Origin: Eledone cirrhosa
Lineage: Eukaryota
Assembly (NCBI GenBank): GCA_964016885.1
Contig: OZ024743.1
Coordinates: 61,380,001-61,444,000, forward strand
Length of the DNA: 64,000 nucleotides
Reading direction: 5' to 3'
The position numbers were made by a program, and so were the translations under genes. The notes beneath the pieces were generated by a model, which was given only the letters and a program-made list of their open reading frames with translations, was not told where the DNA came from and did not search any database. Positions 1 to 13,253 of the stretch are shown in pieces. Position 1 is the stretch's first letter, and each line of letters opens with the position of its first letter.

Positions 1-22
1 TTATATATATACATATATATAT

Positions 23-107
<85 letters not shown>

Positions 108-118
108 CATATATATAT

Positions 119-184
<66 letters not shown>

Positions 185-187
<3 letters not shown>

Positions 188-379
188 CGGAGGAAATGTG
201 GTAAGGAACAAGGTGGACCATAACGCACCAAAGTACTCAATACTTAGGGTAGTAGAGTGGGTAATAGGAACGAGTAGGACCCCGACGGCTGAGCTCAAGC
301 CGTTTCGACGGCTAATAAAGTCCAGAATTAGCCGTCGAAACGGCTTGAGCTCAGCCGTCGGGATCCTACTCGTTCCTAT
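185..379 (-). mobile_element. ~195-bp non-coding hairpin element in (TA)n (family H, copy 1)
   Basis: Arms 264-316 and 327-379 are reverse complements (53 bp, one mismatch) around a 10-nt loop, with a unique tail at 185-263 and (TA)n on both sides. Homologues at 2808-3002, 54363-54557 and 60549-60732. Confidence 0.85.
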
Positions 380-397
380 ATATATATATATTATATA

Positions 398-526
<129 letters not shown>

Positions 527-582
527 TATACGTAGGTCCCGGGTTGAGTCGGGGATAACCACAGTAAGTAAGGTACTCAATA

Positions 583-645
<63 letters not shown>

Positions 646-715
646 ATTATATATTATATATATATATATTATATATATATATTATATAATATATATATAT
701 ATATATTATATATTA

Positions 716-789
<74 letters not shown>

Positions 790-828
790 ATTTAATTAGA
801 AAGTAAACAACACAATATAAAACTACTC

Positions 829-885
829 CATTACCAAAGGTTTCAGGACCTAGACAATATTAATATACGTCTAGATCTTTCATCA
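829..885 (-). ncRNA. 5'-truncated hammerhead-like motif
   Basis: Minus strand: TGATGA-aa-GATCTAGAC..13 nt..GTCTAGGTC-ct-GAAAC-CTTTG-GTA. Core C3 and the 5' strand of stem I are missing. Confidence 0.45.
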
Positions 886-965
886 CTTTCTAATTAAATA
901 GCTCTCTTTTTTCCTTTGCCTTTTCTTCGGAAATACCTAACACACACACACACATACACACACAC

Positions 966-1003
<38 letters not shown>

Positions 1004-1117
1004 CACTCTCCAAAATTTTCTTTTCTCCTTAACTTGTTTTTCTAATTTTCCCCGTTTTTTCTTCTCATCACTCTTTACTTGCTATTTACATTCTATTTCT
1101 AACTGTATCTAACTCTA

Positions 1118-1153
1118 TCTTCTGATGACGGACTAGTGTCCAAAAAGTTAAGA
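1118..1153 (+). ncRNA. Degenerate minimal type-I hammerhead (also in the duplicate at ~3784-3819)
   Basis: TCTT-CTGATGA-C-GGAC-tagt-GTCC-AAAAA-GTT-AAGA, with GAAAC mutated. Homologous to 8990-9025, including the downstream CTCTTCCTGCTATTTCAAGCGTTAA. Confidence 0.55.
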
Positions 1154-2607
1154 CTCTCTTCCTGCTATTTCAAGCGTTAAACTATTATATGTTTCTATGT
1201 ACCCATGTACTGTGTCATTTTGTTAATTTTGATCTTTTTGTCTATTTAGGTAAATTTACCAATGTATCTATTTTCGGATGAAAACAAAAACAACAATAGC
1301 AGTCCAAAGATAGATAGATAGATTGTGGAACACATTTCTTTAATAACAATTAATGAGGAGCAATAAAAAAACCCCGTACAATGAGAGGTAATAGAGGAGG
1401 GTAAGACATTGTAAGACTGATTATGATCTATCACGATTGTGATTTAACAAAAACCTTATCAGGTGTTGAAAACATTTCATCCACAACAAGATAACTTCTT
1501 GTATTGAAAAAAACAAGATATAGGCATGATATAAATATGGATTATCATTTATGATATGAATATGGATTATCAAATCAAGGACCAAGAAGCTGCAGATATA
1601 CGGGGTCCATGGGGCTATAGACACATACAAATATAATATCAGTGAGGTATACAATGTAATAAAATATTTCGGTGATTATAACTTATACTTACTTATTTGT
1701 CCTTTTGGCGGCGTTCACTTCTATAGAGAAGAGCTCGAACAGGTTAACTGCATGACATCTTGAGCACGTATCTTTAACTCGAGCCCTGTGCATTAAGTTT
1801 GGTGAACGGAAATGTCGGGCAGGCGATCAGATGGACTGTATCTATAATTCAAAGTTCAGTCTCGTGCTACACTGTGTCAACTGAATTTCATTGATTATGA
1901 TGCTAAGAACACACGTGTTTGTGGAATGCTCAGTCACTTACACATTATTTTAACGAGTAAGTCGTTCCGGTGATCAAGCAAAAAGAACACTCAACGGAGA
2001 AAGAGACGAAAGTCCATTTCAATTTGTTAATTTATATATCCATACCAGTCAATCTTAGTTATGTGTGTGAGTATGTGTGTGAGTATGTAAGTATGTATAT
2101 GTGCTTGTGTGAGTGTATATATACTCAACCATCCATATACAAAAATGTATACAATGTATATTATAATATAGTTATGGTTGGTTGAGGGTTGATGTTTTAC
2201 TCTATCAACCCCGGTGTGACCTCCAGCTTTCAATAATAGTTTCTGATTTAAGCAGTCACACAAATGTCCTTTTTGTACAATGATGATCTATTTTCTGTCA
2301 CTTTTAAAAACTCAAACTTATACTACAGTTAACTCACCCTTGACCATCCAACCACATGCTTCTTCCACACAAAAACCTAACCATTTTATGCCAGATATAC
2401 TCTGAATATACCAACAGACACCTAAAGCGAAAACTATGGCAAGCTTATCTCCTTAAACAGCATATAAAAGCTCAGTCTTCAATAACACACAATTCATACG
2501 CTTAACGACATTACAAATGCGAGAGTAAAGCGTCATTCATAGCCATAACTTCGTTGTAAATGTTTGTGTTAGGCATCAACGTTAGACAATGCTTTTATAA
2601 TTAACAA

Positions 2608-2807
2608 NNNNNNNNNNNNNNNNNNNNNNNNNNNNNNNNNNNNNNNNNNNNNNNNNNNNNNNNNNNNNNNNNNNNNNNNNNNNNNNNNNNNNNNNNNNNN
2701 NNNNNNNNNNNNNNNNNNNNNNNNNNNNNNNNNNNNNNNNNNNNNNNNNNNNNNNNNNNNNNNNNNNNNNNNNNNNNNNNNNNNNNNNNNNNNNNNNNNN
2801 NNNNNNN
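2608..2807. other. Assembly gap (200 N)
   Basis: Run of N. Confidence 1.
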
Positions 2808-3002
2808 TAACGGAGGAAATGTGGTAAGGAACAAGGTGGACCATAACGCACCAAAGTACTCAATACTTAGGGTAGTAGAGTGGGTAATAGGAACGAGTAG
2901 GACCCCGACGGCTGAGCTCAAGCCGTTTCGACGGCTAATAAAGTCCAGAATTAGCCGTCGAAACGGCTTGAGCTCAGCCGTCGGGATCCTACTCGTTCCT
3001 AT
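2808..3002 (-). mobile_element. Family H hairpin element (copy inside the duplicated block)
   Basis: Identical to 185-379. Confidence 0.85.
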
Positions 3003-3037
3003 ATATATATATATATATTATATATATATATTATATA

Positions 3038-3160
<123 letters not shown>

Positions 3161-3218
3161 TATACGTAGGTCCCGGGTTGAGTCGGGGATAACCACAGTA
3201 AGTAAGGTACTCAATATA

Positions 3219-3271
<53 letters not shown>

Positions 3272-3339
3272 ATTATATATTATATATATATATATTATAT
3301 ATATATATTATATATTATATATATATATATTATATATTA

Positions 3340-3423
<84 letters not shown>

Positions 3424-3599
3424 ATTTAATTAGAAAGTAAACAACACAATATAAAACTACTCCATTACCAAAGGTTTCAGGACCTAGACAATATTAATAT
3501 ACGTCTAGATCTTTCATCACTTTCTAATTAAATAGCTCTCTTTTTTCCTTTGCCTTTTCTTCGGAAATACCTAACACACACACACACATACACACACAC

Positions 3600-3669
<70 letters not shown>

Positions 3670-5314
3670 CACTCTCCAAAATTTTCTTTTCTCCTTAACT
3701 TGTTTTTCTAATTTTCCCCGTTTTTTCTTCTCATCACTCTTTACTTGCTATTTACATTCTATTTCTAACTGTATCTAACTCTATCTTCTGATGACGGACT
3801 AGTGTCCAAAAAGTTAAGACTCTCTTCCTGCTATTTCAAGCGTTAAACTATTATATGTTTCTATGTACCCATGTACTGTGTCATTTTGTTAATTTTGATC
3901 TTTTTGTCTATTTAGGTAAATTTACCAATGTATCTATTTTCGGATGAAAACAAAAACAACAATAGCAGTCCAAAGATAGATAGATAGATTGTGGAACACA
4001 TTTCTTTAATAACAATTAATGAGGAGCAATAAAAAAAACCCGTACAATGAGAGGTAATAGAGGAGGGTAAGACATTATAAGACTGATTATGATCTATCAC
4101 GATTGTGATTTAACAAAAACCTTATCAGGTGTTGAAAACATTTCATCCACAACAAGATAACTTCTTGTATTGAAAAAAACAAGATATAGGCATGATATAA
4201 ATATGGATTATCATTTATGATATGAATATGGATTATCAAATCAAGGACCAAGAAGCTGCAGATATACGGGGTCCATGGGGCTATAGACACATACAAATAT
4301 AATATCAGTGAGGTATACAATGTAATAAAATATTTCGGTGATTATAACTTATACTTACTTATTTGTCCTTTTGGCGGCGTTCACTTCTATAGAGAAGAGC
4401 TCGAACAGGTTAACTGCATGACATCTTGAGCACGTATCTTTAACTCGAGCCCTGTGCATTAAGTTTGGTGAACGGAAATGTCGGGCAGGCGATCAGATGG
4501 ACTGTATCTATAATTCAAAGTTCAGTCTCGTGCTACACTGTGTCAACTGAATTTCATTGATTATGATGCTAAGAACACACGTGTTTGTGGAATGCTCAGT
4601 CACTTACACATTATTTTAACGAGTAAGTCGTTCCGGTGATCAAGCAAAAAGAACACTCAACGGAGAAAGAGACGAAAGTCCATTTCAATTTGTTAATTTA
4701 TATATCCATACCAGTCAATCTTAGTTATGTGTGTGAGTATGTGTGTGAGTATGTAAGTATGTATATGTGCTTGTGTGAGTGTATATATACTCAACCATCC
4801 ATATACAAAAATGTATACAATGTATATTATAATATAGTTATGGTTGGTTGAGGGTTGATGTTTTACTCTATCAACCCCGGTGTGACCTCCAGCTTTCAAT
4901 AATAGTTTCTGATTTAAGCAGTCACACAAATGTCCTTTTTGTACAATGATGATCTATTTTCTGTCACTTTTAAAAACTCAAACTTATACTACAGTTAACT
5001 CACCCTTGACCATCCAACCACATGCTTCTTCCACACAAAAACCTAACCATTTTATGCCAGATATACTCTGAATATACGAACAGACACCTAAAGCGAAAAC
5101 TATGGCAAGCTTATCTCCTTAAACAGCATATAAAAGCTCAGTCTTCAATAACACACAATTCATACGCTTAACGACATTACAAATGCGAGAGTAAAGTGTC
5201 ATTCATAGCCATAACTTCGTTGTAAATGTTTGTGTTAGGCATCAACGTTAGACAATGCTTTTATAATTAACAATAATTATAACTAACAATGGTTATTAAT
5301 CCTAGACAGTTTGC

Positions 5315-5580
5315 AGATGTCAGAATGTTTGGTGAACGCCAGGAGTGGAACAAAGTGACTTTTCTCAGGAAAGAATCGCTGGACAGATTTTATGGGCAAA
5401 ACCAACTGGCAGGAAACCCATGGGTAGACCCTGGGCAAGATGGTTGGATAACATCCATGAGTTTGGCTGGTCTCGTTTGGGGATCCAACTGGATCAGTTG
5501 GAGACGGTAGCTTCTGACTAGACCCGCTGGAAGGAATGTTTCTGGACTCTGCACCCACGACTCTCAGCGAATATAGTGAA
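5315..5580 (+). mobile_element. RTE-clade LINE 3' fragment
   Basis: Encodes GRKPMGRP..RWLDNI, the RTE C-terminal GxRxxGRP motif. Aligns by eye with 57890-58140; shorter 3' ends at ~12605-12685 and ~45460-45495. Confidence 0.65.
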
Positions 5581-6872
5581 ATATAATGCCTTACTAAAGG
5601 AGACAATATAATGCTGGGACTCAAACGCACGACCTTACAATCGTGATCTAAATACCCTAACCACTAATTTATGCATCTTCAATGGATTAGAAGGTAATCG
5701 CAGTGAATTAAAGATGAAAGCTTTGAGGAGTAGATGCAAAGAAAGATTGCTGAGAGTGTGAAAGAGAGAGAAATAGAAAGAGAGAAAAAAAGCGAGACCT
5801 GACTGGAGATATTGAAAAGGAAGTGTGACATGAGTTATGATAGTTTGAGAAGTGGAATGAATAAGGCCTAGTGGTAACTCTAGCAATATAATATGTGGAA
5901 ACCATTTTGATAACAAATCCCCTGAAATCAACCCTGGCTCTATGATACAAAACTGTTTGTTTTAAGGGGTCTTTATCTATCCAAAAACCTTCTGTGATAA
6001 TTTTTAAGATCATTTGTTATATATACTTCAAACACCAGAATGGTTTCTAATTCAGGTACAAACCAACAGTTTTGAGGTAACGGGAAAGTCGATTAGACCG
6101 AGCCTAGTACTTTATTGGTACCTTATGTTATCGATAAAAGGAACTATAAAAAGGAAAGTTTACTTCAGCGGGATTCGAAACCAGAGGTTAGAGGGCCGGA
6201 CCAAAATATTACGATGCGATCCAACCGACGTACTAACAAATTGTCATTCCAACGCCTTCAATACCACCTTTAAAATGAGAATAAATATTTACTAATTTTG
6301 TCCGTGAAGTTTAAAGAGATTAATGTATATGAAGGCCGACAATCTCGCAAAACTAACAGCTATAGTACAAACCACTGAGCCAGCAAGGCCTGTATGACAG
6401 CCATCAAAGACTATATATAAACGTCGTCATTACATTAAACGGGTTGTGTCAAAAGATAAAAGACAAAGCCTAAATATTTTCTGCTGAGACTGGAGTTAAC
6501 TGGGACATGAGCTTCCTGAAAAACTGGCAACACCCCAATCTTTTATGTGAATCACATTAAAGTAAGAAAGATCCCAAAATAGTCTTCAACAAAAGCAATA
6601 CTAAAGTATGTAAAGAAGACAAAAAATCGCCAATACAAGAAAAAATGCTGCTGGATTATAAATGTCTGAAAATTCAAAATAGAATATAAGATTTGTTGGT
6701 TAATTTAACAAAAAAAAACTTGTTGCTGGAGTACTATATTTGTAGATTTATTGTGTTGTTTATTATATATATATATTATATTTGTTATTCTTTCTTCCGG
6801 GAAATAATTGCGGAAAGTATTTTAAATAGAAAATATGTTGTTCATAATATTATAGTTGTTCTACATCTGGTT

Positions 6873-6913
<41 letters not shown>

Positions 6914-6947
6914 TGTGTGCATGTGTGAGTTTGTGTGTGTGTGTCTG

Positions 6948-7073
<126 letters not shown>

Positions 7074-7699
7074 CTGGCTAGTAATAATTACGGAACATAC
7101 TTTGTGTTACCCCACAAATACGTTTATTCACGATATAGCGTATTGTGCCCACTCTGATATGCAAATTCGTATTTACAACGTACGATTTTTGTAAAAGCCA
7201 ATGAGTAAGTGGTTAACGGCGATCCTAGACGAAAACTTATTGTCTGGTTCTTCATATATATATTTAATGGTTTGAGAGTGGTTGCGTGTGTAGATATCTA
7301 GCTTAGTGAGTGTGTATATGCATGTGTGCGTCCATGTGCGCATCCGAGTGTATCTGCCTGCTCAACTTGAGATAGAATAATCGTGGAGAGGGGGGTGGAA
7401 TTATATTTATCGAAAATATATTAGGCTGTGCGTGTGTATGTCTGCCCCCAAGCATGGTTATCTCGACCTTCAGACAACAGATCTATAGAATTGGCGTCAG
7501 ACCTAGCAGCCCATCGCCCTAATCAAAGAATTGTCGAAATTCACCGATTGGTAAATTAAATGTATCTGTCAACGACGTGACAACTTATTTATTAGTTATC
7601 AGAACTAGCGAGAAACAACCAGCCGGTTTTATTAATGTAAAATCTAGTGGATCTTTTTGGTTCAAGTTTATTTATTAGTAACCATGCTTGCACTTAAAT

Positions 7700-8470
7700 T
7701 ACCTTAAATTACGGTTAGGAGTATAGATTTGATTGACATAAAATATCCACATTTTGTGGTACTACGAGTTAGTGGTCGTGATTATATTTCATGTATTTTT
7801 AGTAGAAAAGGTAGAGTGGGTGATTACTATTTGTTATCCAATGTAATGGGCCTATGATTGTCGTGGGTACGTATATGTGTTCCAAGGGGTCATGGGGCTA
7901 TTTAGGTATTGATATTTCCGTAATGGAGTGCTAGATTGTGTGTTGTTTTAATGCCACTATAGTAAAAAATGTTATGGTGTGTACCTAATTAGGAGTAAAT
8001 ATATGTGGCTGAAGGGTTGGATGTGCAGCTTGGGTAGGTGCAAAATTAGCTGCTTATGCACTCGTTGTGTGTGCTATTAATTCTGTATTGTCAAATGTGT
8101 GTGTTGGTGTGACACTATCTGCTCAAGTGCTTCTATAAGAGCTAATCCTGTTCCTTTTTGTATTCGTGGGTGCTAGTTGGATCTGCTGGGGAAGTTTGTG
8201 TGGGGTTGTGCTCGATTATGCGTAGGTATGTATTTGCCAGTGTGGATGCATAATAGTGTGTGCAAATGATAACCTAGGACGTATGTTGCAGTGTGGGTAT
8301 GTACACTCGATGTTGGGAAAAATGTGTGAGATCGTGAGAATGTCTGAAGTTGACGTATGTTTTGTAAATCCGGTGCTTGCACAAAGTCCTTTATCATCGT
8401 TTTTATTCCTTGGCGAACAACATTTGGATTGTCTCCTCAGAGCATACATTGCACGGACGGGCGAGGTCTT
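7700..8470 (-). mobile_element. Decayed PLE 3' fragment (endonuclease C-terminus plus 3' UTR)
   Basis: Minus strand ~8460-8355 reads RPCNVCSEETIQML...CKHRIYKTY, matching RPCDLCAAEALEIL...CKHKLHKTF at 23451-23600. Left boundary is approximate. Confidence 0.5.
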
Positions 8471-8844
8471 CTAGTGACTTTAATCTGTACTAATGAAAAA
8501 TATATGTATATATATATATATCCAACAGCTTAAACTGCTGCCACCATTGTTGGTAAGGCTAAGGTCAACATTAAGAGAGAAAGAAAGAAAACTACAGACA
8601 AAAATGTGAACTTTTCTCCCTAAATATGTATGTAAAAACAATTTTTTCCCCATATTCTTATTATTCTTATTAATATGCAATTTAATTGCATTATACACTT
8701 CCGTCGTTGAAAAAGCGTATAAGCTGAAACCGGTACAATTTAATGTGGAAATCCCTATTTTGTAAATAAATGTTTTGATGTTATTCTGAGAGAAAATCCC
8801 TTTAGCATTTTCTACTGTTTTTTTTTCCTTTTTTATTACACTTT

Positions 8845-8891
<47 letters not shown>

Positions 8892-8989
8892 AAATGTCAA
8901 CATGAATAGACCTGTTATTTTTATCTAAAGATATTTTTTTTCCAATTCCACCCCGCCCGTCCCTTCAATCTATTTTATTTCTCATTCTT

Positions 8990-9025
8990 TCTTCTGATGA
9001 CAGACAAGCGTCCGAAACGTTAAGA
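8990..9025 (+). ncRNA. Minimal type-I hammerhead ribozyme motif
   Basis: TCTT (stem I)-CTGATGA-ca-GAC aagc GTC-c-GAAAC-GTT-AAGA (stem I'). Stem III is the palindrome AACGTT, as in dimer-acting minimal HHRs. It lies in a ~220-bp insert (8890-9112) between (TA)n tracts. Confidence 0.7.
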
Positions 9026-10329
9026 CCCTCTTCCTGCTATTTCAAGCGTTAACTTAATATAATCCTTCCATATACTTTATCGATTGTGTTGTTATTTCTG
9101 TTTACCTTTTACATATATATATATATAATTTGTAATGTTGGTATACGGAACGAAATGTAAATACACCGTTCTTCCATATAGATTGTGTAGTTCATCTCAT
9201 TTATAGATGCATAAGTCGTTAGAACATCGGATTAATTGACTCTGTATTTGTTCCCATCTTAATGTGTTCTGAGTTCAAATCCAGCCGAGGTCAATTTTGC
9301 ATTTTATTCTTTCTAATGAATCATGTTATTTGTATCTCATTCAGTTGTTCATACCTTCGCATGCGTTTATGTCATCATTTTCATCACCGTCGTCACCAGC
9401 ACCTCTATTGCTACCAACACCACTAACAGCACTCCACCACCACACTACCTCCACCATCATGGCAATTAACATCTCCCTCATCATAATCATCATCAGTATC
9501 ATCCTCATCCTCATCATGAACGACATTATTCCCTGCCGCCAGAATTTTAATATGGGTGTTTTTGTTGGAGTTAGATGATAATATAGGTACTTAGAAGAAA
9601 ATATACACTTGGGTTAATTAATTCTAGGATCTTTGAAAACATCGCAGGACGTAACTTGTTTGATGTTAATATTCCGGTCTAAAGATACGATCATGGATTA
9701 GAAATAAGACCCGCTTTGTTGACAAGAAATCCCTATTTATATATGCCACAGTTTGGCGCCAGTTTTTGAGACCCTAATTAGAAAGAGAGCCTCGTAGAGA
9801 ATGGAATATGATAAATGTAATTTGTCATTCACTTGGACACCTAGAAATGTTAATAATGTCGGAGAAAGACGCCACAATGTATACAGTCATGTAAGTATGT
9901 GTGTATATATGGATGTATGTATGCGTGGATGGATGGTATGCATGTATTATATATGTTTGTATGTATGTATGTATGTATGTATGTATGTATGTATGTATGT
10001 ATGTATGCATGCTTGGTTGGCTACCTGGCGAGAAATTTGTGTATGTAAGTATTCCTCTCTCTCTCTCTCCCTCTCTCTCTCTCACCCTCTCCCTCTCTCT
10101 GCGTGTGTGTTTTATTTATATATATATGTATGTATATGTATGTGTTCTTTCTGTATGTGTGTATGTATGAATGTATGTATGTATGTAAGTATATATGTAT
10201 GCATGTATGTATGCATGCATAGCTGGATGGCTGGAGAGATATTTATATGTATGTGTCTATGTGTGTATGTATCTGTCTAACTATATATCTATCTGTGTAT
10301 GTGTTTATTCATGCATGTATGTATGTATG

Positions 10330-10835
10330 TTCTTCTCGTTTTATAATTTCACAAATTTTTTCCCAATAGAGAGTCGGTTTCTAACATAGACACAATACTC
10401 TCTCATTGGAATTTACACATCAACTAGGTAGATATGTATGTATGTCTGCATGCATGTGTAGATGTGGATGTTATTGTATGTGTGGATGTGTATGTTTTGA
10501 GTTGTATGTGTGCATGTGTATGTTTTGAGTTGTATGTGTGCATGTGTATATGCTTTGTATCTGTACATGTGTATATGCAGTTATTAGATGCAAAATTTTT
10601 GGAATGTTTTACATATTTTTACTGTTTCGTTAATGGATTGTACTTGTAATTTCCTAACTAGTTGTGTTCTTTCTGTTCCTGTGAAGCCTAGCTTCTCAAG
10701 ATTTGTATTGAGGCAGTCACTAACATACCCCAGTGCCCCAATAATCACAGGCATAAATCTGAAGGTATAGTCAGGGTGGAGTATCCGCAGATTTCTCATC
10801 AGTTCTGCATAAATATTCTCCTTTTCGTATGTTTT
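10330..10835 (-). mobile_element. RLE-type (R4/Dong-like) non-LTR retrotransposon 3' fragment A
   Basis: ORF 10584-10799 plus upstream ENIYAEL (MRNLRILHPDYTF..PVIIGALG..KICKTF) is paralogous to the C-terminus of ORF 10913-11866. The putative 3' end ..AAATTATAAAACGAGAAGAA abuts (CATA)n. Confidence 0.7.
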
Positions 10836-10858
10836 CTCTTTCTCTTAATTTCGAGTAT

Positions 10859-11866
10859 ATTTTTTTGACCGGCCACCTTCCTGGTGGCAAGGTTGTAAAC
10901 GAAAAGAAATTGTCATCCCTTGAATCGCAAGAATGTTTTGCAAATTTTGAAGGTGCCAGCTATCGCAGCCATTTGTAGACTATGAATTAGGGAGCTGCGC
11001 TTTTTGTCCGCAAATCCAAGTTCAGTCATACTTTGGTCCAAGCGGGTTGGTATATAACCCGTAGCACCAATAATGAAGGGTATGAAGCTAAAGGTGTATC
11101 TTGGATACTGGATTTGTAAACTCCTCATCAATGGTCCGTAGATGTCCTTCTCCTGTATTTTTCTGACAACTTTTACATCAAGTGGGCAGCTGATCTCCAC
11201 AACAGAACACGTTTTCAATGTGTGGTCCCAAACTACAATATCAGGCCGGTTGTGCTTTAATTTGGTGGCAGTTTTTATTTTCAGGTTCCACCAGTATTCC
11301 TTAGTGCCATCTGTCTCAATATATTCTTCCTCATTTGTTGTTAATTTTGTTTTCCGAAGTGCGTTCCAGATGGTTCTAGCTATCCCATCGTGTCTCATGG
11401 GGAGGTAGTAGCGAGATGACATTCTTTCGCAGCTGGCAACAATGTGGCTTACATCCTCGATCTTTGTTTTACATAGCCTACATTTATTGTCAGCTGCTGG
11501 CCCTCCTCTTTTGTGCAGCAGATATTTGGTAGGGAGTTCTTGTTCCTGTATTGCATAGAGATATCTCTCAAGGTGTGATGTCATAAACTTGTCGGAACTC
11601 CATGCCAGGCTTTTTGAGTGGTTTATCCCCTCTATGGTCTGTGTTTTACGCCTCAAGTATCCATGCACAACTTTTTCTGTAAATTGGTCAATTTTTTTAT
11701 CTTGTTTGAACATTGAATAGGATCTTCCGATTTCTCTGGGTGAGAGATTTATATCAGGCTTTATTTCATATCGCTCCTCCAGATCAGTCGCTATTCTAAT
11801 GATATTTCTTTTTTCATGCTCATAAACCCGGGCAAGATGGTTGCCAACCTTTTTCCTCTGTTGAAG
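10859..11866 (-). mobile_element. RLE-type (R4/Dong-like) non-LTR retrotransposon, 5'-truncated, fragment B
   Basis: Open frame with a CCHC finger (CRLC..EDVSHIVASC), RHD, RPDIVV and VEISCP restriction-like endonuclease motifs. Stop at 10913, 3' hairpin GCCACC/GGTGGC and short A-tail. The 5' end joins a (TATG)n tract, which accounts for the HTYI repeat at the ORF N-terminus. Confidence 0.88.
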
Positions 11867-13170
11867 GTATGTATGTATGTGTGTATGTATGTATGTATGT
11901 ATGTATGTATGTATGTATGTATGTATGTATGTATGTATGTATGTATGTTCTTCTGGTTTTATAATTTCACAAATGTTACCAATAGAGTATGTATGTATGT
12001 ATGTATGTATGTATGTATGTATGTATGTATGTATGTATGTATGTATGTATGTATGTGTGAATGTATGTAAGTGTAGTAAGAGCGAAGCCCTGAAAGAGAG
12101 AATCCAGCTCGAGTGACTCATTATTATTTGTAGCCAACTGCCTTCCGATTTCAGTAAGTAGGAAGCTGAGACCCAGGACTCCAGATGTCTCCGCCGCTAG
12201 ATTTTTAGTTCATTTCTATTTAAATGATTGCGTTATATTGTATATCTTACAGCAGGTACAATACAAATACAACGATTGACTTACAAATTAAAATAGTTTT
12301 CATAGAAAATTGACAGTCTATAGAATATTCAAACCATGACCAACACCCTTAAATTTTTATATGCTTTGAAGATTCTCTAAATAATACATAGGGTCGTTAC
12401 ATGGCTTAGTTATTTAGGTTTTCGGCTCTTGATCATATGGTCCTGCATTCGATCCCAGCAGGGTTTGTGTCCCCAACCACGATGCTCCAGTTCACTTATA
12501 TGGCTAAAATAAGTTGTACCTGAAGTTCAAAGGACAGATCTAGTCCCACATTGTGTCACCCTGAATCTCACTTAGAATTAAATTTAGGATACATGTGTCT
12601 GTGGACAGGACCCGCTGGAAGGTGTGTTTGAGGACTATGCTCTAACAACCCTCCTAGGAATAACTGGGCGAAGAGGAGGAAGAAATGTCTGTGAAAATTT
12701 CAACCACAAGCGCGTTAATTTCAAGAGAAGGTTCTTCCATTGGTCAAAATAATGTAAGTCTCGTCGTTGGACCTACGATTTCCAACGCACGATGCATGTT
12801 AAAGTTCAGTGTAAACTACTGACGGGTGATGTAAGGTGACAGAGGTGAGATTGCACTGGTTTAAGGCATTGAGTTACCACATATCTGAATGTTCCCATAT
12901 TACATTGTGTCATTGCAATTTCATGGGGTGGGTAGTGTGTGTATGTCTGTCTGCAATTTTATGTGATCGTGTATATATATATGTGTGTGTGTTATGTGTG
13001 TGCGTGTGTGTGTGTTTACATAAACATATAAATATACATACATATATGAATGTATATTATTGTATGTGTGTGTGTGAATATACACATGTATTTTCTGTGA
13101 ATATAATTCTAAAAATTGCGGGTGTTGAACTGAAACACGCAGTGTATTGTAAACCTGATATTGTAGACGA

Positions 13171-13253
<83 letters not shown>

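Noticed and set aside
8700-8746. AGC gtataa GCT-GAAAC-CG-GTA hammerhead-like 3' half
   Set aside because: The 5' core reads TTGAAAA and stem I does not pair; too degenerate.
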